In this document: positions 57,263-61,249 of the stretch, in pieces | Numbering within the stretch: position 1 is the first letter of the stretch | How the letters are laid out: each line of letters starts with the position of its first letter | Origin: an uncultured Pirellulales bacterium | GTDB lineage: Bacteria; Planctomycetota; Phycisphaerae; Sedimentisphaerales; Anaerobacaceae | Assembly (NCBI GenBank): GCA_964530105.1 | Contig: CAZHBL010000001.1 | Location: 1 to 61,249 of the forward strand | Reading direction: 5' to 3' | DNA length: 61,249 bases | The notes under the pieces: generated by a model | What the model saw: the letters and a program-made list of their open reading frames with translations, nothing else | What the model was told of the DNA's origin: nothing | Database searches by the model: none | Program-made: the position numbers and the translations under genes

Positions 57263-59527
57263 GGCTTCGAGAAGTAATGGTACTGCATCCTCACAACGAC
57301 CTTGCTCTTTGTAAACTATGCCCAGGTCGTTTTTGGACTCCAGTGTATCCGGATGATCATCTCCCAATTTGTCCCGTCTTACCTTCAAAGCTTCTATGAA
57401 TAAGGATTCAGCTTCATCGTATTTTTTCTGTTTTGTGCGCAGCACGGCCAGACCATTTACAAATTCGAGCATCGCCGGGTGGTTATCGCGCAATCGACGG
57501 CGTCCAGTCTCCAGGATCTGATCAAACAAATCATTCGCATCCTCGTAATCGCCTTGATCAGTACGTAGCTTTGCAAGACTGTACATTATCCTTACTGTCC
57601 CCATGTGCTCATCACCCAGGATTTTCTGCGCCTTCTTAAGTATCTCGACTAGCAGCGCATTAGCATCTTCGCATTGCCCTTGAATCCGGTAGATTTCGCC
57701 CAGGGTTTTTCTGTAAAGCAGCAGCCATTGGGACTCTTCTTGCCAATCAACAGTCGCCAGTGTCTGCCGCAACGATGTCTCGGCTTTCTTATAAAAGCCT
57801 TGTGCTGTATACACACGGGCTAAATCGCATTGGCAGCAAAGCAAATCTAATGATAAGCCAGCTTTACCACCCTTATCCTTTTCGGCTTGCAATATCTCAT
57901 TGTATAAAGATTCTGCTTGTTCATATTTACCCAAATGATAGTATGTCAAAGCAAGACCGCTTTTCATCTTCCGCACATCGGCTCCGTCCACGTGTTGGCT
58001 GATTTGGAGTATCTTTGTCTGTAAATCTTCCGCATCTTGATATCGACCCTGGTCCTCGTAAGCCGAGCCTAACAACCATCTTGCCCCCAGAGTGTCCAGA
58101 TGATCTTCACCATAGTGATATCTATAGATTTTATATGCACGATCCAAGTGTTCCTCGGCATTATTCGACTCTCCAAGAAGCAGGTATGTCCATCCCAAGG
58201 CTTCCTGCACCCATGCTTTAGTCAGTGGCTGTTTTGTAAACTTGCCCTTAAGCTCCTCCGACCCAGCGTCAAGTACAAAGCTGACGGTTGCCTCACCAGC
58301 TTTAGCATTTACCACGGATCCCAAGATATCATCTCTGAAGAATTCAGCGATAGCCTTCACTTCAACCCGCGCGCGGTATTCTCCAATTGCCAGGACCGTG
58401 GAAACAATAATCCCGGAGGTAAGGACAAATAGTACTGCAGCGGTGCCGATTACCAATGCTCTGTGCCTCCGCACGAACTTCCCCATCCGATACAACGTAG
58501 TCGGCCGTCCGGCCAGTACAAGTTCGTCATTGAGGTGCCGTTGTATGTCTTCGGCCAAGGCGTGTGCTGTCTGGTAACGCCGCATCCGGTCTTTCTCCAT
58601 AGCCTTGAGCGTTATCCAGTCTAGGTCCCCCCGAAGTCTGCGCTGAAGAGCAGCCGGATCAGCCCGGCGATGTTGCGCCAGTTTCGTCGATTCTTCGCGA
58701 GACAGTCTGCTCAGCTTTGTGCTCGGCGTCTTGGGCTCCTGCTCGCAAATTACATGGCGAATGTGATCGATTCCACCTTCGCGAAGCTCCTTCGGATCGA
58801 ATGGGATAGCGCCTGTCAGAAGTTCATAAAGGACAACGCCAAGCGAGTAAACATCCGATCGTGTATCGACATCCTGGCCTGTTGTCTCAGCCTGCTCGGG
58901 ACTCATATACTCGGGCGTACCGACAAAATGGCCCGGCTCGGTCACCAGCGTCCGCTCTGTCAGCGGTTGGCTAATGGCTTTGGCTACTCCAAAATCGATG
59001 ATCTTGGGAACCGCATGCTGGCCGTGAATAGTTACCTGTACATTCGAAGATTTGATATCGCGGTGGATGATACCTTTTTGATGAGCATGCTGAAGACCTT
59101 CACAGACCTGCATGAATAATTGCAGCCGTTCCTCGATGCTTAGCTTATGCTGATCGCAGTACTCGGTGATAGACATGCCATCGACATATTCCATCGAAAA
59201 ATATGGATGCCCGTCCTTTGTAGTTCCGGCATCGTAAACATGAGCGATGTTCGGATGGTCCAAAAGGGACAAAGCCTGCCGCTCGGCCTCGAAGCGAGCC
59301 ATGACCCTCTTCGAATCCATGCCGGGCTTAACGATTTTCAGTGCGACTTTGCGCTGGATAGGATGCTTCTGCCGAGCCAGATAGACTACTCCCATTCCGC
59401 CCTCACCAAGAACGCGAAGGATTTTATATCCTTCTATTTCGGGCAGATCAGAGAGATTTTCCGGACCCGATCCCGGATCACTTACAGTCGGCAAATGCTC
59501 TGAGTCGTGCTCTTGGTTCGCTTTCAT
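57110..59527 (-). CDS. Ser/Thr protein kinase with one TM helix and C-terminal TPR repeats
   Basis: 805 aa. VALKIVK, HRDIKSSNVQV, DFGVAKA, GTPEYMSPEQ. TM LVIGTAAVLFVLTSGIIVSTVLAI. About 8 TPR_12-like units (..AEEHLDRAYKIYRYHYGEDHLDTL.., DDHPDTLESKNDLGIVYKEQGR..). Confidence 0.9.
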   Translation of the reverse strand: MKANQEHDSEHLPTVSDPGSGPENLSDLPEIEGYKILRVLGEGGMGVVYLARQKHPIQRKVALKIVKPGMDSKRVMARFEAERQALSLLDHPNIAHVYDAGTTKDGHPYFSMEYVDGMSITEYCDQHKLSIEERLQLFMQVCEGLQHAHQKGIIHRDIKSSNVQVTIHGQHAVPKIIDFGVAKAISQPLTERTLVTEPGHFVGTPEYMSPEQAETTGQDVDTRSDVYSLGVVLYELLTGAIPFDPKELREGGIDHIRHVICEQEPKTPSTKLSRLSREESTKLAQHRRADPAALQRRLRGDLDWITLKAMEKDRMRRYQTAHALAEDIQRHLNDELVLAGRPTTLYRMGKFVRRHRALVIGTAAVLFVLTSGIIVSTVLAIGEYRARVEVKAIAEFFRDDILGSVVNAKAGEATVSFVLDAGSEELKGKFTKQPLTKAWVQEALGWTYLLLGESNNAEEHLDRAYKIYRYHYGEDHLDTLGARWLLGSAYEDQGRYQDAEDLQTKILQISQHVDGADVRKMKSGLALTYYHLGKYEQAESLYNEILQAEKDKGGKAGLSLDLLCCQCDLARVYTAQGFYKKAETSLRQTLATVDWQEESQWLLLYRKTLGEIYRIQGQCEDANALLVEILKKAQKILGDEHMGTVRIMYSLAKLRTDQGDYEDANDLFDQILETGRRRLRDNHPAMLEFVNGLAVLRTKQKKYDEAESLFIEALKVRRDKLGDDHPDTLESKNDLGIVYKEQGRCEDAVPLLLEAVEGRRLKLGDTHPHTLESWHTLIELYESWNKPEKAKEWRAKLPQPEALKE

Positions 59528-60141
59528 TAATTACTCCACATGGTTTGACAGACACGCCGGGCATCGGAAAATAATTCAACCAATTCGGCGGCCATCCAGT
59601 CTTTTTCGATCAGCAAAGCAAAAGATTCGTCAAGTTTCTCATAAGAGTATTTTGTGATCTTCTTGTTGTGAAGAGTCAGGCAACGCGCGATAGCCGCATG
59701 ATAAATTGTGTTTGCCACGGCACGCTGAGTTCCGGAATCTAACGTCCCGGTCAAACGCTTTGAAGCTTCTTTGATCAACTGTAATTGGCCTATCGAAGAG
59801 TCGGGGCCGAAGAATAATTGCTTCAGGGATTGCCCGACAAGCAAAGCCACATCAGACTGCCGGCTCGCTGAAATCTCCGAAACAGTCGGAAACAACAAGC
59901 TGCTGCCGGGCATGACCTCGGTCAGCTCGCCATGGAGCATTTGAGTTAGATTTTCTTCGGCGCATTCCGCCTCTGATGATTCTTGATTCCTTACCGCCAC
60001 GGCGAACAGATCCGCCAGTTGGCCAAGTCGTAATCCGAATGTCGTTTTTTTGTTACTGCTCATATAAAGCCTCACGTTCGGTGTTCTGCGTTCTGCGAAG
60101 TCCACACCATCGCAGCACGCAGAACTATATTGTTCTCTCAT
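59527..60141 (-). CDS. Hypothetical cytoplasmic protein between the sigma factor and kinase genes (function unknown)
   Basis: 204-aa ORF with an alternative ATG at 60063 (MSSNKKTTFG..). Its stop, TAA, shares one nt with the kinase ATG (TAATG). No TM helix, no anti-sigma Zn motif, no family recognised. Confidence 0.5.
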   Translation of the reverse strand: MREQYSSACCDGVDFAERRTPNVRLYMSSNKKTTFGLRLGQLADLFAVAVRNQESSEAECAEENLTQMLHGELTEVMPGSSLLFPTVSEISASRQSDVALLVGQSLKQLFFGPDSSIGQLQLIKEASKRLTGTLDSGTQRAVANTIYHAAIARCLTLHNKKITKYSYEKLDESFALLIEKDWMAAELVELFSDARRVCQTMWSN

Positions 60142-60169
60142 AGATACCTTACGCGGCTTATTGGTAATA

Positions 60170-60943
60170 TTACCGTCCTTTTGCCAAAAATTTCATTAAT
60201 TCCAGCATTTCTTCATCAATCTCGTGCTCTGACGCCACTGACTCGCGGAGCAAACGCTTCGCCGCGGCCTGAAATCGCCTCTTGACGGCGAAAATCATGC
60301 TGGAAGCTTTCGTTGTCTCATCAACACCGTATTTGCGGCACAACTCTTCAAGCCCCAGCGGCTCGGCAGAAGCTAAGATCGGATGCAGGACCCTGTCGTT
60401 GAACATGTCCCAATGTACCGCCATGGCGCTCTGACGGCATTCAGTCTCTACCTCCTCAAGCATACGATCCAATAGCTCGCACACCCAGGCGTAGTGAAAA
60501 ACCTCATCTGAATCCAGATTATCGGCCGCCTCCGGCAGCTCGCCAAAGGTGGAGTCTTCCAGAGAAATGATTTTGTCCTGAGGTATCCGCTTTTGGGCAA
60601 TTTCCTTTCGGTGCTCGCTGACCAAATAGTGATCCAATGCCCTTAAAAGAAGTGTCCGAAAACGGCCTTTTGCCCTATCAGCCCGTTGAATCAGCTCGCG
60701 ACCCAAAACAACTTCATGAAAAAATCCCTGAGTTAGGTCCTTTGCCTTCTCGCTGTTATACCCCTTATGCCGCAGGTAGCAGTAAACGGGTTTCCAGTAA
60801 GCCCTGAGAAAATCGCCGACCAGGGCCTTGCTTGCGGCATCATCATTCGAACCTATTGCCTCAATCGCAGTCCAGCAGGTGGCTCCGAAGGTCCTCTTTG
60901 CTCCCCCGATGCTCGTATATTTGTCGGCCTTCATAGCAATCAT
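60170..60943 (-). CDS. Extended ECF-like sigma-70 family factor
   Basis: 257 aa. Region-2-like FLRAYWKPVYCYLRHKGYNSEKAKDLTQGFFHEVV. Region-4-like LCRKYGVDETTKASSMIFAVKRRFQAAAKRLLRE. A ~60-aa insertion lies between them. Confidence 0.6.
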   Translation of the reverse strand: MIAMKADKYTSIGGAKRTFGATCWTAIEAIGSNDDAASKALVGDFLRAYWKPVYCYLRHKGYNSEKAKDLTQGFFHEVVLGRELIQRADRAKGRFRTLLLRALDHYLVSEHRKEIAQKRIPQDKIISLEDSTFGELPEAADNLDSDEVFHYAWVCELLDRMLEEVETECRQSAMAVHWDMFNDRVLHPILASAEPLGLEELCRKYGVDETTKASSMIFAVKRRFQAAAKRLLRESVASEHEIDEEMLELMKFLAKGR

Positions 60944-61249
60944 TCCGAAATCTCAGATTCAGCTATGCCACAGGTACACAAAACCGAACTCACATACCCG
61001 GCCGTGAATTTGTTGCCGGCAAGAGATGCTATCGCTTGAGGCCGGAGCATACTTAAAAGCCAATTCTACAGAAAAAATCTCCTATTTGCAAGCTCCAAAT
61101 GGCCAGTCCCATGATTTTATTAAAATTCCTGCAATATGGCGAATTTCCTGCGTTTGTTTGTGTGGAAACAAGAAAAGAAACAACAAATTGTCAATTTAAG
61201 ACTTCCGCAAAATGAGTGATTTTTGACAGAGGTCAGAGTTGATAAGCAA

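Noticed and set aside
1-61249. CRISPR arrays, tRNA/rRNA genes, integrase/att sites, toxin-antitoxin or known defence-system genes.
   Set aside because: I read all intergenic regions of 100 nt or more (about 4.9-5.6, 7.7-8.0, 10.3-10.6, 25.4-26.05, 28.96-29.15, 33.2-34.15, 42.9-43.9, 46.2-46.9, 53.5-53.8, 56.4-57.1 and 60.9-61.2 kb). I saw no regularly spaced repeats, cloverleaf-like tRNA ends or rRNA-like sequence. A tRNAscan/Infernal run would be needed to exclude small RNAs rigorously.

Overview
This 61.2 kb window looks like chromosomal DNA from a Gram-negative, probably anaerobic or microaerophilic environmental bacterium. The gene content fits a Planctomycetota/PVC-like lineage or a related candidate phylum: ECF sigma factors paired with Ser/Thr kinases, giant secreted repeat proteins, DUF1080/LamG/dockerin/Kelch proteins, GH92, and a TAT-signal Gfo/Idh/MocA oxidoreductase. 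That taxonomic call is inference only.

The window falls into five blocks:
1. 0.4-25.4 kb is entirely on the minus strand. It holds a nine-gene V/A-type ATPase operon, a PtsN-like EIIA gene, a 13-haem cytochrome, a Cys-less thioredoxin-fold/TPR protein, and a Rieske / cytochrome b6 / extended subunit-IV / pentahaem-c complex. These are followed by a PAS histidine kinase with a NarL-type regulator, an MtrC/OmcA-like decahaem cytochrome, and a BNR-propeller gene translationally coupled to a pentahaem cytochrome gene. I count 33 canonical CXXCH motifs in four cytochromes. This is my best candidate for an undescribed respiratory or extracellular electron-transfer system.
2. 26-33.2 kb holds secreted Kelch/dockerin/LamG and beta-propeller proteins and an ECF-sigma + Ser/Thr-kinase-WD40 pair.
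3. 34.1-42.1 kb is a single 2663-aa secreted giant protein containing a cadherin-like domain, SdrD-B-like repeats, three GEVED domains, two unassigned modules and a 7-blade BNR-like propeller.
4. 42.2-46.9 kb is a decay zone with a truncated gltD-like gene, a doubly frameshifted cold-shock gene and an IS1380-family transposase fragment, alongside an intact GH92 gene.
5. 46.9-61 kb holds a sugar-catabolism locus (TIM-barrel isomerase, a beta-lactamase/DUF5060/GH-like fusion, a D-lyxose-isomerase cupin, MFS, BKACE, Gfo/Idh/MocA, a serine hydrolase) and a second module of ECF-like sigma + unknown protein + Ser/Thr-kinase-TPR.

A repeat of about 270-500 nt, made of the last ~30 codons of the kinase-TPR gene plus its 3' flank, occurs three times. 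By eye I found no rRNA, tRNA or CRISPR array. All calls rest on motif and family recognition by reading the translations; no searches were run.
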